DNA of 64,000 nt from Candidatus Woykebacteria bacterium (GTDB lineage Bacteria; Patescibacteriota; Microgenomatia; Woykebacterales; RBG-16-39-9b): contig JBBDPN010000002.1 of NCBI GenBank assembly GCA_040876265.1, positions 3,954 to 67,953 of the forward strand, written 5' to 3'. The translations under genes were made by a program, and so were the position numbers. Below, one piece after another: positions 19,200 to 29,167 of the stretch. The notes under the pieces were generated by a model that ran no database searches, was not told the DNA's origin, and saw only the letters and a program-made list of their open reading frames with translations. Position 1 is the stretch's first letter. Each line of letters starts with the position of its first letter.

Positions 19200-21239
19200 C
19201 TAAGCCGGGCCGCCGTAGCCGTCATCAGGGTCGGTGTCCGGAGGAGCCTGCGGTATCGGTGTCTCCGTCGGCAGGGGGTCCGTACCCGGGATGTCCTCAC
19301 CAGGCGGTACTGACCCTTCGGCGAAGTCCAGCACCTCGTCGTAGCAGATGGTTTCCGATCCGTCCAGTATGTACACCCCCAGATCGTTCTCTTCGTTGAG
19401 AGGTATCATGAACTGGACGGCCTCACCACTACCGATGAAGTCGCCGTTTAGCCACCATTCGATCTGGTGATCGAAGTTGGGTAGCCGGTCCCACTGGATA
19501 GACGCCTGCATCCGGGCGTGGGTCTGCGTGTTGTCGACCCGATGCGGACCGAGGATCGTCACTTCGCACTTTTTCGGCGTCGGTGTTGGAGACGGTTTTG
19601 GTGTCGCCGTTGGGCTGGGCTTGGGAGTCGGCGTCGGCTCTGGACCAGGCGGCTTCACCGTCCGGTTCTTCCAGACCCCGGCGTCCTTGAACTTCTCGCC
19701 ACGTTTGATGGTGAGAGTCTTCTCGCCGCTGGCCGGGTCGATCGGCTGCCACTTATCGCTAGGGGCTATCTCCCGGATCTTCACCGTCACCTGCTCGGCG
19801 TCGGTGTTGGGACCCGTAAAGATGTCCACGTCCTCGAACCGGAATTCGCCGGTTTCAGGATCGGTCTTGACCTTCAGGGTAGGCAGCCCGGGCACGGAAA
19901 GCTCGAAGGTGAAGACCTCGTTGGGAACGCGGTGCTTCTCACCGTGGACCCAGACCTTCTTGCCGACGATAGTTACCGGCGGCGGAGGCGGCGTCACCTT
20001 CCGGTTACCAAACTCCACGGGGGCTACGTCGCCGTCCTTCACCTCCACGGTCTGGGTGGTCGCCGTTGTCGCCTCCCAACCGTCGGGGATGTTGATCTCC
20101 TTCACCGTGTAGGTGCCCGGCGGCAGCGCGTCCGACACGAACAGGCCGTTGACGTCAGTGGTTACGGTCTTATCGAAGTCGGGGCCCTTGATGTGGAAGG
20201 TGAAGGTGACGTCTGCGGAAGGCGGGCCTTCACCCTTCTCCGGCTTACCGTCGCCGTCCTTGTCCTCCCATTTGATGATCTTGAGCCGGCCTTCCTTGGG
20301 GGTGGGGATGGTCAGGTTCACGCAATCGTCAAGCAGCGTGAACTTGTTGTCCTTACCCTTGACGCTGATCACCTTGGCGTCTGTTGGCGAGCCTGAGTAG
20401 TCGACGGTTCGGGCCTCGACGCTGTTGCAATCGTCGGAGCGCAGCAGCACGTTGGTCTTGACGATCTCTGTGAAGTGAGGGATCTCCTCGATGTTGGTGA
20501 TGTCCGAGGCCTGCACATCGATGCCCTGGCAGCGCAGCCCGGAGGCCGCTTGCTCTTTGAGAGCATCGGTTTCCGAGGCGCTGGGTGCCGACGCGGTTGC
20601 CCCGGCAAACCCCTCATCGATCACGTAGGAGGCTTCACTCGCCGGTAAGGGTGCTGGCTGATCAAGCGTAGCCGGGTAGATGTCTACCTGCTGCCGACCT
20701 TCCGCTAGGAGGTTTGGTGTGTCCTGATCCCAGTACCCAAACGCGAAGGTCTGGAGCTCCACCACCTCGGCGTCAGCCACCTCGATTCGGTAGTAACCGG
20801 AGTCGTCGGTGGTCAGCACTTCGAGCTGACTGGAGCCGATTGGCGCGTCGCTACTCCTGGCCCGAACCGCCTGCAGCGCTGAGAGGTCTGTGACCGCCGC
20901 AACGCTGGGCTGGAAGTCCGGGTGGCGGTATCGAAGCACCTGCACGTGGGCGTTCGGTAACGCCTCGCCTGAGTGGCGATCACGCACGTAGCCCTCGAGT
21001 GAGGTAGTGCCGTCCGCAGATGGCCCCAGGTCAGTGACCTGGTAACCTGGCTCCTGGGAGTACTCCTGACTCACCATGGTGCCGTTGCGGAGATGGTCTC
21101 CACCTCCGGACAAGAGGACGAACGCGAGCATCACCGCCGCCCCTACGGCTACTCCTGCCGGGGCGACCGAGTACACGCGCCTCTTCTGGAAAACGATCAC
21201 AGCGAGGAACGCTGCGATCACCAATATGAAAACCCACAT
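19200..21239 (-). CDS. GC-rich surface protein with carboxypeptidase-regulatory-like and CnaB/SdrD-B-like domains and a Pro/Thr linker
   Basis: N-terminal TMs, KWEDKDGDG...LPPGTYTVKE..PDGWEATT...FGN, PTPTPKPSPT. SD AGGAGG. Confidence 0.7.
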   Translation of the reverse strand: MWVFILVIAAFLAVIVFQKRRVYSVAPAGVAVGAAVMLAFVLLSGGGDHLRNGTMVSQEYSQEPGYQVTDLGPSADGTTSLEGYVRDRHSGEALPNAHVQVLRYRHPDFQPSVAAVTDLSALQAVRARSSDAPIGSSQLEVLTTDDSGYYRIEVADAEVVELQTFAFGYWDQDTPNLLAEGRQQVDIYPATLDQPAPLPASEASYVIDEGFAGATASAPSASETDALKEQAASGLRCQGIDVQASDITNIEEIPHFTEIVKTNVLLRSDDCNSVEARTVDYSGSPTDAKVISVKGKDNKFTLLDDCVNLTIPTPKEGRLKIIKWEDKDGDGKPEKGEGPPSADVTFTFHIKGPDFDKTVTTDVNGLFVSDALPPGTYTVKEINIPDGWEATTATTQTVEVKDGDVAPVEFGNRKVTPPPPPVTIVGKKVWVHGEKHRVPNEVFTFELSVPGLPTLKVKTDPETGEFRFEDVDIFTGPNTDAEQVTVKIREIAPSDKWQPIDPASGEKTLTIKRGEKFKDAGVWKNRTVKPPGPEPTPTPKPSPTATPKPSPTPTPKKCEVTILGPHRVDNTQTHARMQASIQWDRLPNFDHQIEWWLNGDFIGSGEAVQFMIPLNEENDLGVYILDGSETICYDEVLDFAEGSVPPGEDIPGTDPLPTETPIPQAPPDTDPDDGYGGPA

Positions 21240-21320
21240 GTGCGGGTCCTCCTTTCTTGAACTATCGACTGCCGATTTTGATTGCCTTAGGATTTATTAA
21301 GGTGCGAAGCAAAAATGAAC

Positions 21321-21410
21321 CTACCTCGGGCTTACGCCCATGGTACCCTCTTTTGCTTACAAAATAAAAACTGCCTGGCAGACAGCCTTTATCTCTACTT
21401 ATTAAAGTTA
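21321..21410 (-). other. Three-hairpin motif, copy A (5' UTR of 19200..21239)
   Basis: Aligns with 22221..22316. Lies just downstream of a minus-strand TTGACA-N17-TACAAT promoter at ~21415..21443. Confidence 0.55.
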
Positions 21411-21865
21411 GCGAATTGTACAATCAATTTGTGGAAATGTCAACTATAGGGTTCTCATACCTTATGCCTTGCTCCGCAAGCCAGGTATTGCGAACCCTGC
21501 GTTCAAGCATAGTCTAACGGCTATTTGCTTGAACTAAGGTTGGTTTATACTATCGGGAATTTTAATGACTCCAGGATGTTTTTTTGTGGTAAAAAAAGAG
21601 AGTTGAGTATAAAAAAAAATAAAAACCGTGAACCTTATTCCTCAGCGCCCAGTATGAGTGTTACCCCAAACCAGACGCCGGGGAACAATTTCCACGGCCC
21701 CGCCAGCTGGCGGATTGAACCTAGTTGAACAACTTATTTATTCAAAAATGGCTTATTTTTGTAAATATCGTTGCTATACTTTGTTATAGTGCTACCCTTA
21801 CAAAATCTTCTTGATCGACTTCAGGGTTGACTTTTCTCTCGCTTAACTGTTTAATAGAAATTAAT

Positions 21866-22088
21866 CAGTACACCTGCTGTCCAGATGTACTTTCAGAAAC
21901 ACTGCCATCGGTGTCAAAGTCCTTCCGACCATGGCGGTGTTTCGTTTTATAAGCCTTTCAGATAATTCCTCCCCTACTCCGCATGACGCTTCGCAGGGGG
22001 TCGTCACAGTCCCCTGCCCAAAGACTGTGACCAAGGACCTACCATTACCCCTTTTGGGGGAACAAGGCAGAAGGCCTTGCTTTATCAA
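21866..22088 (-). ncRNA. Candidate unclassified structured ncRNA
   Basis: About five consecutive stems, upstream TTGACA-N17-GAAACT, no credible ORF. Confidence 0.4.
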
Positions 22089-22220
22089 GTACCAGTTTCT
22101 CACAAATTCTTTTTTTTGTCAAGTTTTTTAGTCCCATAGAAAATTTACCCACGAAAAACGTGGGTCCTATAGTGGATTTAGGTTCAGAAATGGCCGCTTG
22201 AAGGCTTGCGGGAAATAAAT

Positions 22221-22316
22221 CTCCCCCGGGTTTACTCCCGTGGTATCTTCTTTTGCTCGCAAAATAAATTTCTCGCGACGGGAAAACACACCTTTCGTGA
22301 ATTATTTATCAGTTAA
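22221..22316 (-). other. Three-hairpin motif, copy B
   Basis: Aligns with 21321..21410. Confidence 0.55.
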
Positions 22317-22381
22317 GAAGGTGGCTTAGGTACTGGAGGTTTAGTTGGTTTGTTTGGGCAGCACGAATATATGCCTAATCA

Positions 22382-23320
22382 CTACGCTTCTTGTCTTTCC
22401 TCAGCTTGACCAAACTGAGTAAATATCATCCGACCGGCGGACGTTTGCAGCACTCGAAGGACTTTTGTAGAAACGCTCTTGCCTAGGTACGCTGCGCCAT
22501 TTTCAACCACAATCATTGTGCCATCGGGTAAATACCCCACGCCCTGGGACTTCTCTTTCCCAACCTGAATTACCTTTACGTCTAGTGGTTCCCCGGGAAG
22601 CAAGGTAGTTTTCAGAGCGTTGACCAATTCGTTGATGTTAAGGATCTTGATGCCAGAAACCGTAGCTACTTTATTTAGATTAAAATCTGTGGTCATCACC
22701 TTCGCCTTCATAGATTTGGCCAGGTTCAACAGCTTTTCATCAATGTTTTTTCCTTTTACATCATCGTTATCATAAATTTGAGTTTTTACCTGCTTAGATT
22801 TTTTTAGATTTTCCAATATATCCAGACCCCTACGTCCTTTTCCTCTCCTCAAAGCATTGGAGGCATCGGCAATATGTTGAAGCTCAGAAAGGATAAATCT
22901 AGGCACGACCAGCGTACCGTGGAGGAAACCACTCTCAGCCATGTCAGCTACCCTACCGTCAATGAGGGCGCTGGTGTCAACTAAAATAGGATTTAGATAA
23001 CCATTTTCTCCTCTTTTCTTCGGTTGCCTCCTGCTAATCCGATTGCGCAGATCTCGCATTCCGTCAAGGTTTGGTAAGTGCAGCTGTGATATGATCTCGT
23101 TGGCCACCCTTTTGGCAAAAATACTACTCCAATAACCGATCCACCGACTAACAATCGGTACAATAAAAATACCTGCCGCGCCAGCTGCCAGAGCAAGTAT
23201 TAGATTTACACTCATCGCAGTTTGACTATTTTCTATTGTTAGAAGATTATTGGTCAAAAAGAAGCCTATTCCTCCAAAGGCAATACCAAGGACAATACGT
23301 GAAATAAATTGAATATTCAT
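22382..23320 (-). CDS. PIN/TRAM domain membrane protein (YacL-like)
   Basis: DTSALIDGR, RGRRGLDIL, TTDFNLNKVA, QGVGYLPDGTMIVVE. Confidence 0.92.
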   Translation of the reverse strand: MNIQFISRIVLGIAFGGIGFFLTNNLLTIENSQTAMSVNLILALAAGAAGIFIVPIVSRWIGYWSSIFAKRVANEIISQLHLPNLDGMRDLRNRISRRQPKKRGENGYLNPILVDTSALIDGRVADMAESGFLHGTLVVPRFILSELQHIADASNALRRGKGRRGLDILENLKKSKQVKTQIYDNDDVKGKNIDEKLLNLAKSMKAKVMTTDFNLNKVATVSGIKILNINELVNALKTTLLPGEPLDVKVIQVGKEKSQGVGYLPDGTMIVVENGAAYLGKSVSTKVLRVLQTSAGRMIFTQFGQAEERQEA

Positions 23321-23404
23321 TTCTAGTGGGTTCCTTTCTGAAAGCCAAGCGGGATAAATATGGGGATAATTCCTTTTTGAACGAATTAACCGCTTACTCT
23401 CTTA

Positions 23405-24712
23405 TTAACTTTTTAGAACGAGAGCAGCTTTTACTGCTTCTCGCAAGGTTCTTACTTTTTTACCGGTTATAAAATTTTTAAACCCAAGTTTTCTTGCTTC
23501 TCGCAGCCTCTTTTCTTCAAAAGGAGCGTTTCTTATCTCTCCGAGAAGCCCTACCTCACCAATAGCAACAGTAGTATTAGATATTACCCTATCTAGGGCG
23601 CTACTTGCAATAGCCAAGCAAATAGCCAAATCTATTCCTGGTTCTCTTACCTGAAGTCCGCCGGCTAAATTCACAAAGACATCCTGATTACCAAGTGGAA
23701 TTGCCGCTCTTTTACTCAAAGTAGCTACTAGAAGTTGCAAACGGTTTGGATCTATACCCGAGGATCTCCGCACCGGCAGTCCAAAGCTAGTTGGGTTGGT
23801 AAGAGCTTGTACTTCAGTTAAAATGGGTCGGGAGCCTTCCATCACCGGTACCACAATTGATCCGGGTGCTTTCACCCTAGTGGATAAAAATTCTTTGGAC
23901 GGGTTTTTTACCTCGTGCATCCCCCCCTCGTCCATCTCAAAAACACCTATCTCATCGACCGGCCCAAATCTATTTTTTGTGGCTGAAAGAATCCGAAATA
24001 CCCTCCCGGTGTCACCCTGTAAGTAGAGAACTGTATCTACTAGATGCTCGAGAACTTTTGGCCCGGCGATCGAGCCCTCCTTTGTCACGTGCCCAACCAG
24101 AAATACCGCAATGTTTTTGGATTTTGCTAGCCTCTGCAATCTGTAAGCTGTTTCTCTCACCTGGCCAATACTTCCCGCCGCCGTTGATAAATCGTTTGTA
24201 ACGACGGTTTGGATGGAATCAACAACTACAATTTGATAATCGCCCTCGTTTGCAGCCGCAAGTATTTGGTCGATATCTGTTTCGGTAAAGATGAAGAGGT
24301 CGTTGGCTTTTTTTCCGAGCCGGTCAAAACGCAACCTAACTTGCTGGGCGCTTTCTTCGCCTGATATATAAAGACTTTTAAAAAAGGAGGCTATCTGTAG
24401 CAGGAGGGTTGATTTGCCTATACCCGGATCCCCAGCCAAAAGGACCAGACTTCCAGGTACGATACCACCACCAAGCACCCTATCTAGCTCAGCTACTTTA
24501 GTTTCAATACGTTTTAGGGGTTTCTGAGCAGCCTCGGACAATCTTAGGGGTTTCGTAGTAAGTTGGACACTACCACCTCCAGCAACGCCTTTGGACGCAA
24601 CAACTGTTTCAACCAAACTATTCCATGCGTTGCAATTTGGACATTTCCCTAAATACTGGGGGGATTGATAGTCACATTGTTGACAAATATAAGTAGTCGT
24701 CGCTTTGGCCAT
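23405..24712 (-). CDS. radA: DNA repair protein RadA/Sms
   Basis: C4 zinc finger, GDPGIGKST, KNRFG. Confidence 0.97.
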   Translation of the reverse strand: MAKATTTYICQQCDYQSPQYLGKCPNCNAWNSLVETVVASKGVAGGGSVQLTTKPLRLSEAAQKPLKRIETKVAELDRVLGGGIVPGSLVLLAGDPGIGKSTLLLQIASFFKSLYISGEESAQQVRLRFDRLGKKANDLFIFTETDIDQILAAANEGDYQIVVVDSIQTVVTNDLSTAAGSIGQVRETAYRLQRLAKSKNIAVFLVGHVTKEGSIAGPKVLEHLVDTVLYLQGDTGRVFRILSATKNRFGPVDEIGVFEMDEGGMHEVKNPSKEFLSTRVKAPGSIVVPVMEGSRPILTEVQALTNPTSFGLPVRRSSGIDPNRLQLLVATLSKRAAIPLGNQDVFVNLAGGLQVREPGIDLAICLAIASSALDRVISNTTVAIGEVGLLGEIRNAPFEEKRLREARKLGFKNFITGKKVRTLREAVKAALVLKS

Positions 24713-24810
24713 TGCCCAACCATTCTAGTAAACAGTGCTTGATTTGACAAGCTTTAAGCCTAGATTTATAATTCAGCCCGCTCAAAGAGATCGGTTAAAC
24801 GAAAGGAGCA

Positions 24811-25380
24811 TTGGAATTGCCCGAAGAAAGGACCGGCGAAGCGTTCGAGGACGAAGAGCAACTGACAGTCATCGGCCTCCAGCTTCAAGTTGGCGAAAAA
24901 GCACCTCCTTTCCAGCTTACTCTCTCGCACAGCCCCCTCAAAGAAGTAACGCCGGTGTTGTCGTCGTACTTCAGAGGCAGGGTTGTTCTGCTAAGTTTCG
25001 TAAACGCACTCAGTACGTCTGTCTGCCGAGACCAAACACGGTTCTTAGAAGACCATACCCAAGCCCTCCCTTTGCGGGAAAGCGGCGCAATCATTATTAC
25101 CGTGAGCATGGAACCGTCAATTTACCTGGCTGGTTGGAGAGACGGCGCAGCTCTTTCGTTGCAACAACTACTTTCTGCAGAGCACAACCCAAAGCTCCTA
25201 GAAGCTTACGGTGTTAGCATCAAGGAGTGGCCAAACATGCCGCAGCGCGCTGTCTTTGTAATCGGCGGTGATGGTAACCTTGTCTTAGTTCGATACATCG
25301 CTGATCAAGGAAGCCAAGAAGAGGCTGACTCCGCAGTAATGGACGCTGTCGAGGCGGTCAACAAGCTGCTAAAAGCGTGA
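24811..25380 (+). CDS. Redoxin / thiol-peroxidase (Tpx-like)
   Basis: LQVGEKAP.F, ALSTSVC, YGV.I......RAVFVI. SD AGGAG before TTG. Confidence 0.75.
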   Translation: MELPEERTGEAFEDEEQLTVIGLQLQVGEKAPPFQLTLSHSPLKEVTPVLSSYFRGRVVLLSFVNALSTSVCRDQTRFLEDHTQALPLRESGAIIITVSMEPSIYLAGWRDGAALSLQQLLSAEHNPKLLEAYGVSIKEWPNMPQRAVFVIGGDGNLVLVRYIADQGSQEEADSAVMDAVEAVNKLLKA

Positions 25381-25440
25381 CTCTAGGAGAAATTGCGGCG
25401 CTTGTGTTTATGCTCTGCATCTGCACCAGCGCCGTACGTC

Positions 25441-27876
25441 TTACTTGACAGTAATTTGGCCTTTTTCTATGGTTACTTGTACACTGTCGCCTTTTTTGGG
25501 ACGAGTGGAGAGAATAGACTCCGATAGCGGGTCTTCAATGGTTTCTGTTATAACCCTTTGCAACTCCCTTGCACCAAACTCTTCTGAGAAACCTTTTTCG
25601 ACGAGGAAATCATAAACCTTCTTATCTACCACAAGCTTCATACCGTGTTCTTCTTTTAATCTCTTGGCAGCTTCTTTCACTAGTATCTTGGCTATCTGTT
25701 TTACGTTTTTGGTAGAAAGTGGTCGGAAAACTACAACCGAATCTAGACGATTGAGAAATTCGATCTTAAACACACGTCGGAGCTCCTCGTTTAACTTTTG
25801 GGAAATATCACGGAAACGCTCTTTCTCAGCTGCTTTTGCTGAAGAACTCGTAAACCCAACATTTCCCTCCTTCCTTATCAGGTGACTACCAACATTACTG
25901 GTCATGATAATAAGGGTATTACGGAAATTTACGTTCCTACCTTTACCATCTACCAAGTGCCCGTCGTCTAGTACTTGGAGCAAAATATTGAAAACCTCAG
26001 GGTGGGCTTTTTCTATTTCATCAAACAAAACCACGCTGTATGGTTTCCGCCGCAGTTTCTCAGTAAGCTCTCCACCTTCTTCATACCCAACGTAGCCGGG
26101 TGGAGCACCGATGAGTCGAGCTACTGTGTGGTGTTCGGAAAATTCGCTCATGTCCAGCCGGATAAAATTCTCTGGGGTGTTAAACAAAATTTCTGCTAGC
26201 CTCTGAGCGACCAGTGTCTTTCCCACCCCGCTGGTACCTAGAAAAATAAAACTGCCCGCCGGTCTGGTTGGACTACGTAGTCCAACTCTGTTTCTTCGCA
26301 GCACCCCAGCTACTTGTCTGAGCACATGATTTTGGCCAACAACCCTTGTAGCCAATTGTTTCTCAAGATCCAGAAGCCTCTGGGCTTCAGTTGTGGTGAG
26401 TTCTTCAATGGGAATTCCAGTAATTGTTGACACCACTTCGGTTATGTCTTTTTCCTCAACTACTTTTGAATAAATTTTAGAGCTGCGGTTAAGAATTTTC
26501 TGAAGTCGGTCGCTGTAGTTTTTTTCCTTTTCGCGGACATTGTCGGCTTCAAACCAAATCTCATTTTTGACAAGCTGGTCCTTTTCTGTCTTTAATTTTT
26601 CCAACTTATCGCTTATCTTGGCGGCGGTCTTACTCAAATCACCGGAGGTTACCGTTTTTTTACTCGAGGCCTCATCCAAAATATCTATCGCCGAGTCTGG
26701 CAAGTGGCGATCCACAAGATAGCGCTGAGCCAGTTTCACGGCCGCTTCAATAGCGTTTCTCCTTATCCTTACCCCGTGGTAGGACTCATATTTGTGTTTC
26801 AGACCTTCAAGTATGGAAACTGTAGTTTTGGCATCTGGTTCTTCCACATATATTGGCTGAAATCGCCTCTCAAGAGCGGCGTCCTCTTCGATATATTCAG
26901 CGTACTCTTCAGCTGTAGTAGCCCCGATACAACGCAGCTCGCCGCGAGCCAGCGTCGGTTTAAGAATATTAGCTGCATCCAGGGCTCCACCGGCTCCACC
27001 AGCTCCAACTATTGTTTGGATTTCGTCTATGAAAAGGATGACGTTGCCGCCTTCCTTAATTTCATCAATGATACCCAATAGTCGCTCTTCAAAGTCGCCT
27101 CTAAACCTAGTCCCGGCCACCAAAGCATTAATATCCAAACTAATCAAACGGGTGTCAAAAAACTTTTGAGGCACCTCTTTTTGGACGATTCTTTGAGCCA
27201 GGCCTTCGACTATTGCTGTTTTGCCAACGCCGGCGTTCCCCAGAAGTACCGGGTTGTTTTTTATCCGCCGAGAAAGCACTTGAAGTACGCGGGTGATTTC
27301 CGGCTCTCTCATCAAAACTGGGTCCAGCTCCTTCTTTCTGGCTGAATTCGTCAAATCTCTACCGTAAGTATTTAGGAGAGGGGTGGTAGGCTCTTTCACG
27401 ATCGTTGGTTGGGGTTGAATAGGAGTATAATTTTCTACTCTACCTTTGAGGCTATCGTAAGTAATGCCCCAGCTTCTTAGTATGTGGCAGGCTAAGCCAG
27501 AGGGAGTTTTGGCAAGACCACAAAGCAAATGTTCTGTACCTACGTAAGCACTGCCCCAGAGATAAGCTTGGAGCGCAGCAGTGGCAATAGCCTCTTGAGC
27601 ACTTTCTGTAAAACCTTCGTCTTTCCCATCGCTCCTTCTCTTTTCAGCAGATTCTTGCGAATCGGTCGAGGAAAGGACTGACTCCTTTATTTTTTCACCA
27701 TCTACTTGAAATGAGGCTAATACTTTGTAAGCAACAGAAGATCCATCCGCCAAAATACCCAGCAGTATGTGCTCGGTATCGACCAGCTCGGTTCCCAACG
27801 ATTTAGCTTCCTTGGCTGCTTTGCCCAGGACCTTTTTTGCTCTTTCAGTGAATTTTTCAGTGACCTTTTTTGACAT
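25441..27876 (-). CDS. clpC: ClpC-type AAA+ chaperone
   Basis: Clp_N repeats (TEHILLG/TEHLLCG), two Walker A motifs, short middle domain. Confidence 0.9.
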   Translation of the reverse strand: MSKKVTEKFTERAKKVLGKAAKEAKSLGTELVDTEHILLGILADGSSVAYKVLASFQVDGEKIKESVLSSTDSQESAEKRRSDGKDEGFTESAQEAIATAALQAYLWGSAYVGTEHLLCGLAKTPSGLACHILRSWGITYDSLKGRVENYTPIQPQPTIVKEPTTPLLNTYGRDLTNSARKKELDPVLMREPEITRVLQVLSRRIKNNPVLLGNAGVGKTAIVEGLAQRIVQKEVPQKFFDTRLISLDINALVAGTRFRGDFEERLLGIIDEIKEGGNVILFIDEIQTIVGAGGAGGALDAANILKPTLARGELRCIGATTAEEYAEYIEEDAALERRFQPIYVEEPDAKTTVSILEGLKHKYESYHGVRIRRNAIEAAVKLAQRYLVDRHLPDSAIDILDEASSKKTVTSGDLSKTAAKISDKLEKLKTEKDQLVKNEIWFEADNVREKEKNYSDRLQKILNRSSKIYSKVVEEKDITEVVSTITGIPIEELTTTEAQRLLDLEKQLATRVVGQNHVLRQVAGVLRRNRVGLRSPTRPAGSFIFLGTSGVGKTLVAQRLAEILFNTPENFIRLDMSEFSEHHTVARLIGAPPGYVGYEEGGELTEKLRRKPYSVVLFDEIEKAHPEVFNILLQVLDDGHLVDGKGRNVNFRNTLIIMTSNVGSHLIRKEGNVGFTSSSAKAAEKERFRDISQKLNEELRRVFKIEFLNRLDSVVVFRPLSTKNVKQIAKILVKEAAKRLKEEHGMKLVVDKKVYDFLVEKGFSEEFGARELQRVITETIEDPLSESILSTRPKKGDSVQVTIEKGQITVK

Positions 27877-29026
27877 CCTTGGTGCGTTTATCTTTATTTA
27901 CGGCTTTGGCTTTCGCTGGCTTGGACTTTGTATTATCCGGCTCTTTTTCCTCTTGCGCAAGTCTCAAGGCAACCCTTTTTTGGTCGCTGTTAAAAAGATC
28001 TACTTGTATCTTTACTTTATCACCGCCTTTAAATTCTACTCTGTAAGGGATTTTCGAGCTATGGATTAACCCTTCGATGCCTTCTTCCAGTTCAACAAAC
28101 ACACCGTAGCTACTTGTTCTAGAAACCGGGCGCTCAAATATTTCACCAACTTTGTATTTCTTTTCTGCCTCTTTCCAAGGATCTTTCTCCAGCTGCTTTA
28201 TGGACAGGTTGATCCTACCACTACCTGCATCAATGGAAATAAGCTTTGCTTGGAGCTTTTGTCCCAATTTAAAATTTTCGGCCAGCCCTGTAACTTTCTT
28301 CCAGGAAATTTCACTTATGTGGACAAGACCGTCCGGCCCGGAGGGTGTTGAAACGAGCAACCCAAAAGGCAAGATCTTCGCCACTACTACGTCTAAAACA
28401 TCACCCACCTTAAAGGGAAGTTCCATTTTGGGAAAGATCTCAGCGGTTGTATCTTTTTCGGAAAAAACTAGTTTGTTCTGACGAGCGTTTATCTGCAACA
28501 CTTTCACTGTGATAGGCTTACCTACAGCTTGTTTCGGCTCGGTAACTAAATGCGAAGACGGCACAAAACCTCTAGTGCCTTTGTAATCAACGATTAAGCC
28601 ACCCCTATTGTTGGTTACTCCTTTTACATCTACAGTTTCTCCTTTGTCATAAAGCTGTTGCAGGTTCTCCCAAGCCTTTTCCTTGATTGCTTTTTTTACG
28701 GTAAGAATTACAGTGCCGCTATCACCTTCTGATTGCGCTACTATAGTTTTTACTTTTTTACCAACCTCCGGCTTTTCTCCCACCTCTTCAAGCTCCCTGC
28801 GGGGGATAATACCTTCAGCTTTTACGCCAATATCTATAAGCACTGACTCTGGGAGTATGGAAACAACTGTGCCTTCTACAGTCTCGCCTCTGGAAAGAAT
28901 TCTGGGTTCAAATCCTTTACCAACAAGAAGCTGGGCCATTTTCGACCCCGATGTATCGGGGGAAAAAACACGTCCTCGTATTTTTGATTGTGGGTTGGTT
29001 TCTTCATTAACATTTTTCTTGGTCAT
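27857..29026 (-). CDS. rpsA: 30S ribosomal protein S1 (four S1 domains)
   Basis: DIGVKAEG.IP, GFVPSSH, GLVHISEISW, EGLIHSS. Confidence 0.85.
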   Translation of the reverse strand: MTKKNVNEETNPQSKIRGRVFSPDTSGSKMAQLLVGKGFEPRILSRGETVEGTVVSILPESVLIDIGVKAEGIIPRRELEEVGEKPEVGKKVKTIVAQSEGDSGTVILTVKKAIKEKAWENLQQLYDKGETVDVKGVTNNRGGLIVDYKGTRGFVPSSHLVTEPKQAVGKPITVKVLQINARQNKLVFSEKDTTAEIFPKMELPFKVGDVLDVVVAKILPFGLLVSTPSGPDGLVHISEISWKKVTGLAENFKLGQKLQAKLISIDAGSGRINLSIKQLEKDPWKEAEKKYKVGEIFERPVSRTSSYGVFVELEEGIEGLIHSSKIPYRVEFKGGDKVKIQVDLFNSDQKRVALRLAQEEKEPDNTKSKPAKAKAVNKDKRTKDVKKGH

Positions 29027-29074
29027 GTATTGTTTAAGTAAACCTACCTTTCCATAAGAATAAGAAGTAGAAAC

Positions 29075-29167
29075 ATTATATCTCACCAGAGAAACAATCG
29101 CGAGATGTAATCTTGCGATTATATCTCGCCAGAGAAAAAAGCGCGAGATGTAATCTTGCGATTATAA
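29075..29167. repeat. 43-bp tandem repeat upstream of rpsA
   Basis: Units start at 29075, 29118 and 29161 (partial). Confidence 0.85.

Noticed and set aside
19429-20617. Long alternative-frame and antisense ORFs over the GC-rich gene
   Set aside because: Expected shadow ORFs of GC3-biased coding DNA.
21930-21975. Hammerhead- or RNase P-like words (CTGAAAG...CGAAAC; GAGGAA...GGCTTAT)
   Set aside because: The CUGANGA core and the RNase P P4 spacing are not met.
29075-29167. Possible mini-CRISPR
   Set aside because: It is a contiguous tandem duplication without unique spacers, and there are no cas genes.
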